From contig CAVYTU010000015.1 of the NCBI GenBank assembly GCA_963771465.1, positions 992,001-1,056,000 of the forward strand: a stretch of 64,000 bases of DNA. Reading direction: 5' to 3'. The DNA is from an uncultured delta proteobacterium (GTDB taxonomy: Bacteria; Desulfobacterota; Binatia; UBA9968). Both the position numbers and the translations under genes were made by a program. The notes beneath the pieces were generated by a model that saw only the letters and a program-made list of their open reading frames with translations, made no database searches and was not told the origin of the DNA. Shown here in pieces: positions 15,701-25,854 of the stretch (position 1 is the stretch's first letter; each line of letters begins with the position of its first letter).

Positions 15701-16491
15701 CAATGCTGGGCTTCCCAATGCTGTCTCAGCCGACGAATCGCGCGTGCTTTGCCGCTAGCTTCGTCGACGTCAACGATAATCCCCTGGAGAACGACGTTGT
15801 CTTCAGCGACTTCGAACTGCCTCGGCAGCTGGGTGATAAAGCCGCGGATAACCGTTTCTTTCTCCATGCCGATGACAGAATCGAAGGGGCCGCACATACC
15901 GACATCGGTGATATACGCCGTGCCGTCGGGGAGAATCCGGTCATCCGCGGTCTGCACATGGGTGTGCGTGCCAAATACCACCGATGCTCTGCCGTCGAGA
16001 TACCAACCCATGGCGTTTTTTTCCGAAGTCGCTTCGGCATGCATGTCGACGATGATGACTGGAGATTGCGCACCCTGCTGTTTAAGAATTTCATCGACGC
16101 AACGAAACGGATCTTCCACGTGGTTCGGCATAAAGACCCGTCCCTGCAAATTGATCACCAGAGCACTAAAGCTGTTATGGCGCCAAACATGCCAGCCCTT
16201 GCCGGGTGCCCCAGCGGGAAAGTTGGCCGGCCGAATCAAGTGGCTATGTTCGTCCAGGTAGGAATAGATCTCTTTTTTTTTCCAGATGTGATTGCCCGAC
16301 GTGAGCACGTTGACGCCGGCGGATAACAGTTCCTTGGCGCTTTTGATGTCGACGCCCATACCGCCGGCTGAGTTCTCGGCGTTGGCAATCACCAGGTCTA
16401 ACTCTTCCTGCTTGATCAGCGATGGGACGAGATCCCGCACGGCGCGCCGCGCAGGCCGTCCCATCACATCGCCTAAAATTAAAATGCGCAT
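15700..16491 (-). CDS. ymdB: TIGR00282/YmdB family metallophosphoesterase
   Basis: GDVMG, NAENSAGG, GNH, DMHAEATSEK, GTHTHVQTAD motifs; lies downstream of rny. Confidence 0.93.
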   Translation of the reverse strand: MRILILGDVMGRPARRAVRDLVPSLIKQEELDLVIANAENSAGGMGVDIKSAKELLSAGVNVLTSGNHIWKKKEIYSYLDEHSHLIRPANFPAGAPGKGWHVWRHNSFSALVINLQGRVFMPNHVEDPFRCVDEILKQQGAQSPVIIVDMHAEATSEKNAMGWYLDGRASVVFGTHTHVQTADDRILPDGTAYITDVGMCGPFDSVIGMEKETVIRGFITQLPRQFEVAEDNVVLQGIIVDVDEASGKARAIRRLRQHWEAQH

Positions 16492-16568
16492 GCAACTGGC
16501 GCTCGTGAACCGCGCCCGCACTTAATCCGTGACGAACACGAGCCACGAGCGCCATTACTTCCTTTCAA

Positions 16569-18143
16569 TCACTTGGCAAAATCCACCGCGCGCATCTCGC
16601 GAATGACCGTCACTTTAATTTGGCCAGGATAGGTCATCTCATTTTCGATTTTGCGCGCCACGTCACGCGCCATGCGCGCCGCTTCATCGTCGGAAACCAA
16701 ATCATGTTGTACCATGATGCGGATTTCCCGACCGGCTTGCACGGCGTAGGATTTTTCCACGCCTTTGAATTCGTTGACGATTTTTTCGAGCTCTTCCAGT
16801 CGACGCGTGTAGGTCTCCATAATTTCTCGGCGCGCGCCGGGCCGGGCGCCGGAGAGCGCGTCGGCGGCGTCAACTAACGGCGCCAAGATCGTCTCCGCAC
16901 GCACGTCTTCGTGATGGGCGGCGATTGCATTGACGATCTTTGGCGACTCACCGTACTTGCGCGCCAATTCGGCGCCGATGATCGCGTGCGACCCCTCGAC
17001 TTCGTGGTCCACGGCTTTGCCAATATCGTGCAGCAGCGCCGCGCGCCGCGCCTGCTTCTCATTCAGACCTAACTCCGCCGCCATAGCGCCGCAAATAAAC
17101 GCCGCTTCGATCGAATGCAGCAAGACATTTTGCGCGTAGCTGTAACGGTACTTGAGCCGCCCAAGCAGCTTGATGATCTCAGGATGTACACCGTGCACGC
17201 CGACATCGAAGATCGCCTTTTGGCCGGCCTCTTTGATCGACTCTTCGAGTTCTTGCTCGGATTTGCGCACCACCTCTTCGATTCGCCCCGGATGGATACG
17301 GCCGTCGGAAACCAATTTCTCCAATGACAACCGCGCGATCTCGCGGCGTATCGGGTTATGACCCGAAATCACCACCGTCTCCGGCGTATCGTCGACGATC
17401 AAATCGATACCTGTGGCGGCTTCGAGAGCGCGAATGTTGCGTCCCTCGCGACCGATAATCTTACCCTTCAATTCATCGTTGGGTAACGGAAATACGGTCA
17501 CCGAACGTTCGGCGACAAAGTCGCCGGCCAACCGCTCGATCGCCAAAGCGACGATCTTTTGGCCCTTGCGCACCGCCTCTTCCTTGGCTTCTTCTTCGAT
17601 CACCCGCAGCCGCTTCGCCGACTCGTGTTTCGCCTCGTCGACCATTTGCTCGATGAGATTCTTCTTGGCTTCTTCCCGAGTCAGGCCGGCAACTTGCTCA
17701 AGCTGGCGGCGCGCTTCGTCCACCTGCCGGTCGCACTCCAGCGCTTTTTCATCGAGACCTTTCTCCCGCGACTTGAGCGACTGCTCGCGGCGCGACAACT
17801 CGCTATCACGCTTGTCTACGGCCTCGATTCGTTTATCGACGCCTTCTTCTTTGCCGATTAAGCGTTTCTCCTGATTTTGCAATTCACGCTTGGACTCGCG
17901 CACCTCCTTTTCGAATTCCCCGCGTTCTTTGAGAATACTATCCTTGGCGTGGATCTCCGCTTCTTTCTTGATCGCCGTGGCATCTTTTTTCGCTTCGTCA
18001 ATGATCCGTGCGGCGCTATTTTTTGCCGCGTCAGCCTGCGCCTGTGCCTGCTTGGCGCGCATCCACGCAACCATCGCAACGAGAACCGCTCCGGCAATCA
18101 ACCCAATGACTCCGAACACCATACTCTGATCCAAAAAAAACAC
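16569..18143 (-). CDS. rny: Ribonuclease Y
   Basis: N-terminal TM, coiled coil, KH ([10 protein letters not shown]), HD (LLHDIGK) domains. Confidence 0.97.
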   Translation of the reverse strand: MFFLDQSMVFGVIGLIAGAVLVAMVAWMRAKQAQAQADAAKNSAARIIDEAKKDATAIKKEAEIHAKDSILKERGEFEKEVRESKRELQNQEKRLIGKEEGVDKRIEAVDKRDSELSRREQSLKSREKGLDEKALECDRQVDEARRQLEQVAGLTREEAKKNLIEQMVDEAKHESAKRLRVIEEEAKEEAVRKGQKIVALAIERLAGDFVAERSVTVFPLPNDELKGKIIGREGRNIRALEAATGIDLIVDDTPETVVISGHNPIRREIARLSLEKLVSDGRIHPGRIEEVVRKSEQELEESIKEAGQKAIFDVGVHGVHPEIIKLLGRLKYRYSYAQNVLLHSIEAAFICGAMAAELGLNEKQARRAALLHDIGKAVDHEVEGSHAIIGAELARKYGESPKIVNAIAAHHEDVRAETILAPLVDAADALSGARPGARREIMETYTRRLEELEKIVNEFKGVEKSYAVQAGREIRIMVQHDLVSDDEAARMARDVARKIENEMTYPGQIKVTVIREMRAVDFAK

Positions 18144-18149
18144 CCCCCT

Positions 18150-18761
18150 TCAAATATATCGACCGATCCCCTTGGACTCATGCGGCGTGCTGCCGCAGTC
18201 GATTACGGATTTCTCGGTAATAATAAAATGAACCCTCTGATCCCAACTTTCCGCCGCCAAGTCATCGACAACCTGAAACTCATAGGCCAAGCCGACGAAA
18301 ATCCCAACACTCCCCAGCTTACTCAGAACGCGATCGTACCAACCTCCGCCGCGCCCCAACCTGTTACCGTAGCGATCGAAAAGTACGCCCGGAACGAATA
18401 CGATCAAATTGTTGGACGCGCCCAGCGGAATTGAATCCGTTCCGGCTGGCTCAGGGATACCGAAACCTCCAGCAACGAAGTCGGCAACGGAATGAACCCG
18501 GGCAAAATCACTCGACCCAGTCGAATTCAGCTTTGGGTAAAAAACCATCTTTCCGGACGACAACGCGTCGTCCAAAATCATCTGGGTAGCGACTTCGTTC
18601 TCGACTGGACTGTAGAGGGCAACGCAATGAGCAGCACGGTAGTGCGATAGCGCAATAACCCTAGCCTGAATCGAATGGCTCCAAGCAAGGCAGTCAGCCT
18701 GCGCCAGCGATCGGCGGTGAGAAATTGTTGCGCGGCGCAACTTGTCTCGGCTCTCTACCAT
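18150..18761 (-). CDS. 5-formyltetrahydrofolate cyclo-ligase
   Basis: FGIPEP, VPGVLFDRYGNRLGRGGGWYDR motifs. Confidence 0.93.
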   Translation of the reverse strand: MVESRDKLRRATISHRRSLAQADCLAWSHSIQARVIALSHYRAAHCVALYSPVENEVATQMILDDALSSGKMVFYPKLNSTGSSDFARVHSVADFVAGGFGIPEPAGTDSIPLGASNNLIVFVPGVLFDRYGNRLGRGGGWYDRVLSKLGSVGIFVGLAYEFQVVDDLAAESWDQRVHFIITEKSVIDCGSTPHESKGIGRYI

Positions 18762-18784
18762 GACAGCCCCTGTATAAAATCAGA

Positions 18785-19058
18785 GCGGCCAGGAGAGATG
18801 AAAGCGGATTTACTAACGGAGAAATGTGCGGCTATAGATCCAATCGACGATTCACTGTAGTCAGCCCCCTGGACAATCGTCCGCAGCTTTGGCTCCGAAC
18901 TGGAACTAAACTTCCTCTTGCCAACGGGTTCGCCGTTTTGGTTTCAATACTTGCCGTAACGGACTGCCGCATTCTCAGCGAATCGAAGAATAACAAGACC
19001 CAACGGATTAGATCCATTGCTATCGATTTTCTCCATTCCCTCATCTTTCCACGCCGCC
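18785..19058 (-). ncRNA. ssrS: 6S RNA candidate (extended)
   Basis: Long imperfect rod-like hairpin at the conserved ssrS position between zapA and 5-FTHF cyclo-ligase; 19006-19020 pairs with 18831-18845 and 18976-18985 with 18848-18857. Confidence 0.65.
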
Positions 19059-19118
19059 GCAGTTAAGGCATTTTCCTGGCTGACAATAGGCCAGAAGAAT
19101 CAGTCGCCTTAACCGGAC

Positions 19119-19397
19119 TTAACCCTCCTCAGTCATCGTCGTAGACAGTTTCTTGGACAGCTGGTCCAATCTCGCTAAGATCGCGTCATGCGAATCTTTC
19201 AAGCGATGATATTCATCCGCGATATTGAGCGCCGCCAACATCGCTACGTTGTTTTTCGCCGGCGACTTCGACGCGCGCATCAACTCCTGCATCTTGCCGT
19301 CGACATAGCCGGCAACTCTGAGCATATGCCCTTCCTCGGCATCGCTGCTGATCGTAAGTTTCTGACCGAGGATTTCGACCTCAAGGGCCTTTTTCAT
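19119..19397 (-). CDS. zapA: Cell division protein ZapA
   Basis: VEILGQ, VAGYVD, AMLAALNIADE motifs. Confidence 0.92.
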   Translation of the reverse strand: MKKALEVEILGQKLTISSDAEEGHMLRVAGYVDGKMQELMRASKSPAKNNVAMLAALNIADEYHRLKDSHDAILARLDQLSKKLSTTMTEEG

Positions 19398-19409
19398 TGC
19401 CGTTAGCTC

Positions 19410-19639
19410 TTAGTCGGAGAGATCAATGCCGGAAAATTGGCCGATGATTTTGTCGAGTTTTTCCCTGAATTCAATGCGTTCGCGCTCATACTGGCGTAGC
19501 TGGCCTTTGAGATGATGCCACTCGCTGTCTTTTTGCTGGAGCTTTTTCTCCATCGCTTCGTGCGCTTTTTTCATGCGCTCATGCTTTCGATCAGACGATT
19601 GATCGTCGCTTCCAGTTGTTCAACGCTATCGACAGCCAT
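19410..19639 (-). CDS. ZapB-like small coiled-coil protein; -1 frameshift near 19586, absent from the ORF track
   Basis: Adding one A gives MAVDSVEQLEATINRLIEKHERMKK...EFREKLDKIIGQFSGIDLSD*; conserved position upstream of zapA. Confidence 0.75.
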
Positions 19640-19669
19640 GATTGCTCGCGCTGGTAATTTTCGAATTTG

Positions 19670-19698
19670 AGTCTAGTTTTAACCTACGACCTTGTCAA
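19670..19698 (-). promoter_or_regulatory. sigma70 promoter of the zapB-like/zapA operon
   Basis: TTGACA-N17-TAGACT. Confidence 0.65.
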
Positions 19699-19860
19699 GC
19701 CGATAGTACACCGGCATGGGGCACGGAAAACCTTGGCAAATAAAGCGGATAGCGCGTTCATGGGGCTGGCGTACAAACTCGAAAACGCCGCCCGCAACGA
19801 AGCGGCGTACTAGCGTGGGAAACGGCGAATCTGAACGGAATTGCAAATTCTTGACGCCGG

Positions 19861-20472
19861 CTAACGCTCGGTTAGCAGCGATCGAATGTCTTTGAGAACT
19901 ACCGCCACATCGGGCGATGGGCTAATAAAGGCAAACCGCAACACTCCATGGCGATCGACGATGGCGGTGAGCGGCGTGTGATCAACCAGCCCGCGGCCTT
20001 TGCGTTTGACCCCGACGCCAAAATTTTTCCAAACCGACTTAAGAGCCGTCTCACTGCCAGTTAGGAATGACCAGCCGTCCAACTCGGCACCGTAGCGCTT
20101 GGCGTAACCCGCTAATACTTTCGGTGAATCGATTTCCGGGTCGGTCGTAACTGTCAGTAGATAGCTAGCTTTTCGTTCATCAACGGATAATTTGCTCTGC
20201 ACCTGGCGCAACGCCGCGGTAATCAACGGGCACACATCGGCGCAAGTCGTGTATGCGAAAGCGACGACCACAACTTTTCCGCGCAGCGTTTTGAACTGGA
20301 AAGAGTTGCCCGCCTGATCGGTGAGGGTGAAATCATCGATGGGTAAATTGACCTGACGGCGCTCGACCAGCTTTACTGAATGAGGTGCGCTCGCGGCACC
20401 GGCTAAACTCGTAGAACTCAAAAGCAACGCAAGTCCAATTGCGCAGAATCCCCAGCCCCGCAATGCGTTCAC
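19861..20472 (-). CDS. SCO1/SenC family copper chaperone
   Basis: Signal peptide, YTTCADVCP (CxxxC), TDPEID, conserved His (VDHT). Confidence 0.92.
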   Translation of the reverse strand: MNALRGWGFCAIGLALLLSSTSLAGAASAPHSVKLVERRQVNLPIDDFTLTDQAGNSFQFKTLRGKVVVVAFAYTTCADVCPLITAALRQVQSKLSVDERKASYLLTVTTDPEIDSPKVLAGYAKRYGAELDGWSFLTGSETALKSVWKNFGVGVKRKGRGLVDHTPLTAIVDRHGVLRFAFISPSPDVAVVLKDIRSLLTER

Positions 20473-20894
20473 AATTTCTTCTCCGTCGAGGGTTCATCGT
20501 AACCCAGCACCGCTTCCCAAGGGATGCTGCAGTGAGCGACGACCAGCGCGTCGAACTTTTCCCACCAGCTAATCTGCCGACCCTCGCGGCTCAAAAAGCG
20601 AACCATTTGAAGCATGTCGTTGATTTCGGAAGCACTCAGCGCCGGCTCGAACGCTGGCATTAACCCTTTTCCGTCCGCGATCAGCCGACGAATTTGCGGA
20701 TTGCTCTTACGCTCCACCGTGTCGCGAAAGTCCGGTGGCACAGCAGGCAAAGAGGCTGCCAGCGGTCCATCGCCACGACCGCTTATGCCATGGCAATTTA
20801 GACAACGCTGCGCATAAACCGCGTCCATCCGTTGGTTGCGACCGCACCCCACCAAAAGCGTAGTTAGGACAAGGCAGCAATTAAATAATCGCAT
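20469..20894 (-). CDS. Monoheme c-type cytochrome, putative lipoprotein
   Basis: LLVGC lipobox, CLNCH heme motif, MPAF axial Met. Confidence 0.85.
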   Translation of the reverse strand: MRLFNCCLVLTTLLVGCGRNQRMDAVYAQRCLNCHGISGRGDGPLAASLPAVPPDFRDTVERKSNPQIRRLIADGKGLMPAFEPALSASEINDMLQMVRFLSREGRQISWWEKFDALVVAHCSIPWEAVLGYDEPSTEKKL

Positions 20895-20966
20895 CACTGC
20901 CCATAAGACGTAACACACGAAACTTGCGCATCCAACTCGCGAACCTGGTCCGTCGTCGTGAACCGC

Positions 20967-20993
20967 TTGACACGATTTTTCGCTTCGTAGTAC
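20967..20993. promoter_or_regulatory. Putative NikR operator overlapping the nikR -35
   Basis: TTGACAC-N13-GTAGTAC, similar to the site at 21448. Confidence 0.5.
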
Positions 20994-21014
20994 ATATTCG
21001 GCTGAGACAGGACC

Positions 21015-21431
21015 ATGCATCATCTCTCGCGCTTCGGCGTTTCATTGGAAGAAGATTTATTGGCCGCATTCGATCTCAGCATCGGCGGCATGGGCTACCA
21101 GAACCGCTCGGAAGCGATTCGCGATCTTATTCGGGATCACTTGATCCAAAGAAAAGTCGGTCAGAGCGATACTAACGTAATCGGCGTCGTCACCCTGGTA
21201 TACGACCACAGAATTCACCACTTGGGAGATCTCCTAGCCGACCTGCAGCACAAAGCGTCGCTGGCGGTCAATGCCAGCCTGCATATTCATCTCGATGAGC
21301 ATAATTGCCTGGAGGTCATCGTGATTCGCGGCCGCGCCGACAAGGTCCATGAGGTTGCCAGTAAACTAATCGCTACCAAGGGAGTTCAAAACGGCAAGCT
21401 GGTAACGACGACGCCGGAAATGAAACACTAA
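21015..21431 (+). CDS. nikR: Nickel-responsive transcriptional regulator NikR
   Basis: RHH N-terminus (RFGVSL, NRSEAIRDLIR), YDH, QH, HIHL..HNCLEV Ni-site motifs. Confidence 0.95.
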   Translation: MHHLSRFGVSLEEDLLAAFDLSIGGMGYQNRSEAIRDLIRDHLIQRKVGQSDTNVIGVVTLVYDHRIHHLGDLLADLQHKASLAVNASLHIHLDEHNCLEVIVIRGRADKVHEVASKLIATKGVQNGKLVTTTPEMKH

Positions 21432-21447
21432 ATTTTTTTGCACTAAG

Positions 21448-21474
21448 GTAACACGAATTTTAAATTCATACTAT
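21448..21474. promoter_or_regulatory. Putative NikR operator upstream of the TonB-dependent receptor
   Basis: GTAACAC-GAATTTTAAATTC-ATACTAT pseudo-palindrome with a 13-nt AT-rich spacer. Confidence 0.55.
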
Positions 21475-21492
21475 TAGGAAGAATTTCGGGCT

Positions 21493-23538
21493 ATGCGATC
21501 GCAACTTGCTAGCACTGTCATTTTATCGTTCTGTCTTGCGCTTCAAAGCCAACCAGCTTCGGCTCAACAGACTCAGGCGAACCCGAGTTCTCCCGTCGAA
21601 GTTTACGTTTGGGGCGAGCAGCCGACATCGGCGGCAACCGAGCAGACGCGTTGGCAAAGAGATCTAGAGCTCCGTCCAACAAATACCCCTAGCGACGTGA
21701 TGCGGTTGACGCCGGGACTGATCATCGGTCAGCATCATGGCGGCGGTAAAGGCGATCAGATTTTATTTCGCGGTTTTGACTCCGACCATGGCACAGACTT
21801 CGCCGTTTTCGTCGACGGCATACCGGTTAATATGGTGAGCCACGCTCATGGGCAGGGCTACGCGGATCTTCACTGGTTGATTCCCGAAACCGTTGAACGC
21901 GTGGAAATTTATAAGGGACCCTACTTTCCTCAACTGGGTGATTTCGCCACCTCCGGCGCGATGAACATCATCACCAAGAAGAGAGATAAAGACAGCACGC
22001 TCACGCTTAGCGGCGGAAGTTATAACACCCAGCGTTATGTCGGCATATTTGCGCCGCCCGAAGGAACAATTTTAAGACCGTATATCGCCGGTGAGATATA
22101 TATGAACGACGGAGCGTTCAAGAATCCCAATGATTACATTCGCTACAATGTTCTTTCCAAATTCGGCCTCTTGCAGACCGCCAATTCCAACCTAACTTTC
22201 CTCGGAAGCTTTTTTAAGACCAGCTGGAATGCGTCCGGCGAGGTTCCGGCAAGGGAGGTTCGCAGCAGAGAGATCGGCCGCTTTGGCTCCAACGATCCGA
22301 GCGAAGGTGGAAAATCGGAACGGCAAAATTTGAGCCTGATCTATAACTACACGGACGCCAATCAGAGTTTCAACGCTCAGACTTATGTCTCCTGGTATCA
22401 ACTCCAACTCTGGTCCAACTTCACTCTGTTTCTCAACGACGAGGTGAACGGTGACGGCATCGAACAGAGAGATAAACGATTTTTAGCCGGCAACAACATC
22501 AATTACCGGCGCAATTACAAGCTGGCCGGTTTACCCATGGAGACCTTCGTTGGTTTTCAAAGCCGCTTCGATCACATCCGCGTCGGCCTCTTCAATCAAA
22601 CCGACCGACGGCGGCGGGAAACAGTCAAGAACAACTACGTCAACCAAACCAACTTGGGCTGGTTCGTTCAGCAAGAGATCCGTCCCACTTCTTGGTTGAG
22701 AACGCAGATCGGCGCGCGCATGGACAATTTCTGGTATGACGTCAAACAGATCGGTGAAGTCACCGAACCGATCTCGGGCGAAGGTTCTGCGACCATCGTC
22801 AATCCCAAGCTCAATTTTATCTTCACGCCGTTCGCTGATAACAACGTCGCCAAAGCGACCAATCTATTTCTCAACTTCGGCGGCGGCTATCACAGTAACG
22901 ACGCCCGGGTATTCGTCCAGGATCCCGATAAGAAAATTCCCCGTTTCTGGGGCGGCGAGCTCGGCGCCAAGTCACGTTTCTTTGACCGCTTGGACATGAC
23001 GCTGTCTTACTGGCGCTCCTATCTTGACAGCGAGCTGGTGTTCGTTGGCGACGCGGGCGGCTTCGAGCCCAGCGGCGCCAGCCGCCGTCATGGCGTGGAG
23101 AGCGAGTTTCGTTATGACATCCTGCCGTGGCTAACTTACGATCTCGATCTCTCGTATACCTGGGCAAAGTTTCTCAACGGCGACAAGGTTCCTTTAGCGC
23201 CGCGTTTCCTCGCGTTTACCGGAATTACCGCGCGCCACGACTCCGGAATTCAGGCACGCTGGCAAATGCGTCATATCGGGCGGCGCTATGGCATTGAAGA
23301 CGGCAGTATCATGACGCCCACTTCGACGATATTCGATTTGTTCCTAAAATATGTTTGGAAGCGCTATGAGTTCTTCGTCCAGTTCCAAAACTTGGCAAAT
23401 ACGAAATGGCGCTCGGCAGAGCACGTGTTCGAGTCGAGACTTGCGACCGAACCTTCCGGCATCGCGACTCTTGATTCCCACTTCACACCCGGCGATCCGT
23501 TCACGGTGAAGGCGGGGATTACAATTCACATGTGGTAA
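21493..23538 (+). CDS. TonB-dependent receptor, probable nickel/metal uptake
   Basis: Signal peptide, plug (FRGF, VDGIPVN, IPETVERVEIYKGPY) with His motifs QHHGGGK and HAHGQGY, C-terminal aromatic residue; follows nikR. Confidence 0.92.
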   Translation: MRSQLASTVILSFCLALQSQPASAQQTQANPSSPVEVYVWGEQPTSAATEQTRWQRDLELRPTNTPSDVMRLTPGLIIGQHHGGGKGDQILFRGFDSDHGTDFAVFVDGIPVNMVSHAHGQGYADLHWLIPETVERVEIYKGPYFPQLGDFATSGAMNIITKKRDKDSTLTLSGGSYNTQRYVGIFAPPEGTILRPYIAGEIYMNDGAFKNPNDYIRYNVLSKFGLLQTANSNLTFLGSFFKTSWNASGEVPAREVRSREIGRFGSNDPSEGGKSERQNLSLIYNYTDANQSFNAQTYVSWYQLQLWSNFTLFLNDEVNGDGIEQRDKRFLAGNNINYRRNYKLAGLPMETFVGFQSRFDHIRVGLFNQTDRRRRETVKNNYVNQTNLGWFVQQEIRPTSWLRTQIGARMDNFWYDVKQIGEVTEPISGEGSATIVNPKLNFIFTPFADNNVAKATNLFLNFGGGYHSNDARVFVQDPDKKIPRFWGGELGAKSRFFDRLDMTLSYWRSYLDSELVFVGDAGGFEPSGASRRHGVESEFRYDILPWLTYDLDLSYTWAKFLNGDKVPLAPRFLAFTGITARHDSGIQARWQMRHIGRRYGIEDGSIMTPTSTIFDLFLKYVWKRYEFFVQFQNLANTKWRSAEHVFESRLATEPSGIATLDSHFTPGDPFTVKAGITIHMW

Positions 23539-23633
23539 AGCGATGGCTCTCGGCGACGGCAATTTGATTTCCGTAGCGCGGCGAAATAAGAAACGAAGAT
23601 TACTTTGAATTTTGAAAGCTCACCCGATCAAAC

Positions 23634-24866
23634 ATGGATGAAACAGTAGTTAAACAAGACAGCACAATTCAACGCCAAACGATTTTCGCAATCGTCTGCG
23701 GCGGCCACTTTATCAACCACTTCCAGTCCGCCATGCTCGGCGTGATCTACCCGCTGATGATGAAAGAGGTCGGCATGAGCTATTTGGCGATCGCCTCGCT
23801 CGCCAGCGTCTACAACTCGCTCGGCAGCATCTTGCAGGCGTCCTACGGCTTCATCGTGCCCTATCTCCCTCGCGGTGTGATCCTCGGCATCGGCAATTGC
23901 CTGCTCGGACTCTCGGTCGTCGCCACGGGTTTCGCATCGACGTTCAATCATTTTTTCACCGCGCGCTTGATTGGCGGCATCGGCTCGAGTCCGCAGCACC
24001 CGGTTGGCTCGAGCATGCTCGCCAGCCATTTTGGTGCCGCCCGTGGCCGCGCCTTGGCGTTTCACACGACCGCAGGACAGATCGGTGGACTTTTAGCGCC
24101 GCTGTCAGCCGCGCTGTTGGTCACCTGGTTCGGTTGGCGTGGAGTCTTTTGGTTCATCGGCTCGTTGACCATCATCGTCGGGCTGATCTGTTTCGTGTTC
24201 CGCGATAGTCTTCGCAACGCGACGCAGAACAAACCGAAATCGCGCCTCGCGCCGGCCGGCTGGGAAGCCTATAAAACCTGCTTGAAGAATAAGAATATTA
24301 TGCTTGTCTCGCTGGTGTTCATGGCCGGCGCCGCCGGACGCGGCCAAGATATTAACGAGGTCTACATCATCCCCCATTTCGTCCATGATTTTCATTTGGA
24401 AATTACCCATGCCGCGTTTCTATTCACGCTCGTGCAAATCGGCAGCTTAACCGGACCGTTTGTTTGGGGCTGGATCTCAGATCGTTGCAATCGCAAGCTG
24501 GTTATCCAGGCTTCACTGTTAATGTCGGGCCTATGCACGCTCTGGCTCGCATGGCAAGAAACGGTCTCTGCCGGTCTGTTCGTCAATTTAGTGGTTTACG
24601 GCGCGGCCGTCACTTCGCGTCAGACACTTACCCAGGCTTTACTCGCCGACCTCGTCGGCGAAGAGCTCTACGACGCCGCCTTTAGCCTTTACTATTTTAT
24701 CGGTTTTATCTCGATCCCGTTTTGGACCGTGATCACCGGCGGCGTTATGACCAAGTACGGCTTCGGTCCGGCCTTCAGCGTGATTTCAATCTCGTATCTG
24801 CTCGCGATGAGTCTGCTGATGCTGCTGCGTATGCCGCGCCAGGAACAGAGCTTTGCTAATACTTGA
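23634..24866 (+). CDS. MFS transporter (FSR-like)
   Basis: About 12 hydrophobic segments, GWISDRCNRK loop motif, HFINH in TM1, QHP motif. Confidence 0.9.
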   Translation: MDETVVKQDSTIQRQTIFAIVCGGHFINHFQSAMLGVIYPLMMKEVGMSYLAIASLASVYNSLGSILQASYGFIVPYLPRGVILGIGNCLLGLSVVATGFASTFNHFFTARLIGGIGSSPQHPVGSSMLASHFGAARGRALAFHTTAGQIGGLLAPLSAALLVTWFGWRGVFWFIGSLTIIVGLICFVFRDSLRNATQNKPKSRLAPAGWEAYKTCLKNKNIMLVSLVFMAGAAGRGQDINEVYIIPHFVHDFHLEITHAAFLFTLVQIGSLTGPFVWGWISDRCNRKLVIQASLLMSGLCTLWLAWQETVSAGLFVNLVVYGAAVTSRQTLTQALLADLVGEELYDAAFSLYYFIGFISIPFWTVITGGVMTKYGFGPAFSVISISYLLAMSLLMLLRMPRQEQSFANT

Positions 24867-24887
24867 TGACCACGCCGAATATATCCT

Positions 24888-25664
24888 ATGAAAGAACAAT
24901 CCCTCGGCATTTCGCTAATTTCTTCGCTGCTCCTCCATGCTTTGGCCTTGGTCGGGGCCGCCGCATTAGTGCACCACGACAGTTTAACCAAACAAGAATT
25001 TTTCAGCGTAAAGCTAGTTGATATTCAATCATTGAGCGAAACCGCGGCAACGCCCGCTGAGAAGAAATTGCTAGCTATCGCCGAAGCGAAAAGGCCCAAC
25101 GAAATCAAACCTGCGCTGAAAAGCCAGAGTTCCGAACCTGAACCGCCAGCGACTCCCAGCGCCAAAGATGAGACCAAACCCGCCTTGCCGGCCAAGGCTG
25201 AAGCTCCCACGCCGCTCGCTACCGCTCGCGTCGAAGGCGGCGGCAGTGAAGCCGGCACAAGCGCGCTGTTTGGGCGCGGCGACGCTGGACTTCTGCCGGG
25301 CTCAGGCTCGGGTGGCGGTGGCAGCGCAGAAGTAGGATTGGGCCGCGGCTCAGGCGCGCCGGGATTTTCCTCTCAACAGGCAATCCTTAGAACCAACCGT
25401 GAAGCCAAACCGATTCAAACCGCACGCGCGATGTATCCAGCGATGGCGCTCCGCGCCGGCCTCGAAAGCGACGTGACCCTGAGAATCGAAGTCGATCCGC
25501 AAGGAACCGTCATTGAGGCGGAAATCATTAAAAGCGGCGGCGCCGGCTTCGACGACGAAGCGCTCAAAGCAGTAAAGCAATCGCGCTTCGAGCCGGCGCA
25601 AAAAGGTGGACAGACTGTGCCAGCCGAATTTACCTTCGTCTATCGTTTTCGTTTGCAGCGCTGA
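24888..25664 (+). CDS. tonB: Energy transducer TonB
   Basis: SSLLLH TM motif, Pro/Gly-rich linker, YP...FDDEALKAV...FEPA C-terminal domain. Confidence 0.9.
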   Translation: MKEQSLGISLISSLLLHALALVGAAALVHHDSLTKQEFFSVKLVDIQSLSETAATPAEKKLLAIAEAKRPNEIKPALKSQSSEPEPPATPSAKDETKPALPAKAEAPTPLATARVEGGGSEAGTSALFGRGDAGLLPGSGSGGGGSAEVGLGRGSGAPGFSSQQAILRTNREAKPIQTARAMYPAMALRAGLESDVTLRIEVDPQGTVIEAEIIKSGGAGFDDEALKAVKQSRFEPAQKGGQTVPAEFTFVYRFRLQR

Positions 25665-25854
25665 TTGAATCCGCCCAAGTCAGACAAATCCGAAACAGTC
25701 GCTTACTCGCTATTTCAATTTCAATTGCGGAATTCGGGTTAAATGATTCCAAGCTGGAAACGCATGGTAAAGCTCAAATCAATTCCCTTGTCGGGCTGTA
25801 GCGCTTTCGACCGCACCGAATTTATGGTGAAATAGCCGCCAAGGAGATTGTCGC

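Noticed and set aside
18832-19066. Small ORFs between zapA and 5-FTHF cyclo-ligase
   Set aside because: No protein motifs; extensive RNA pairing at the ssrS position explains the region better.
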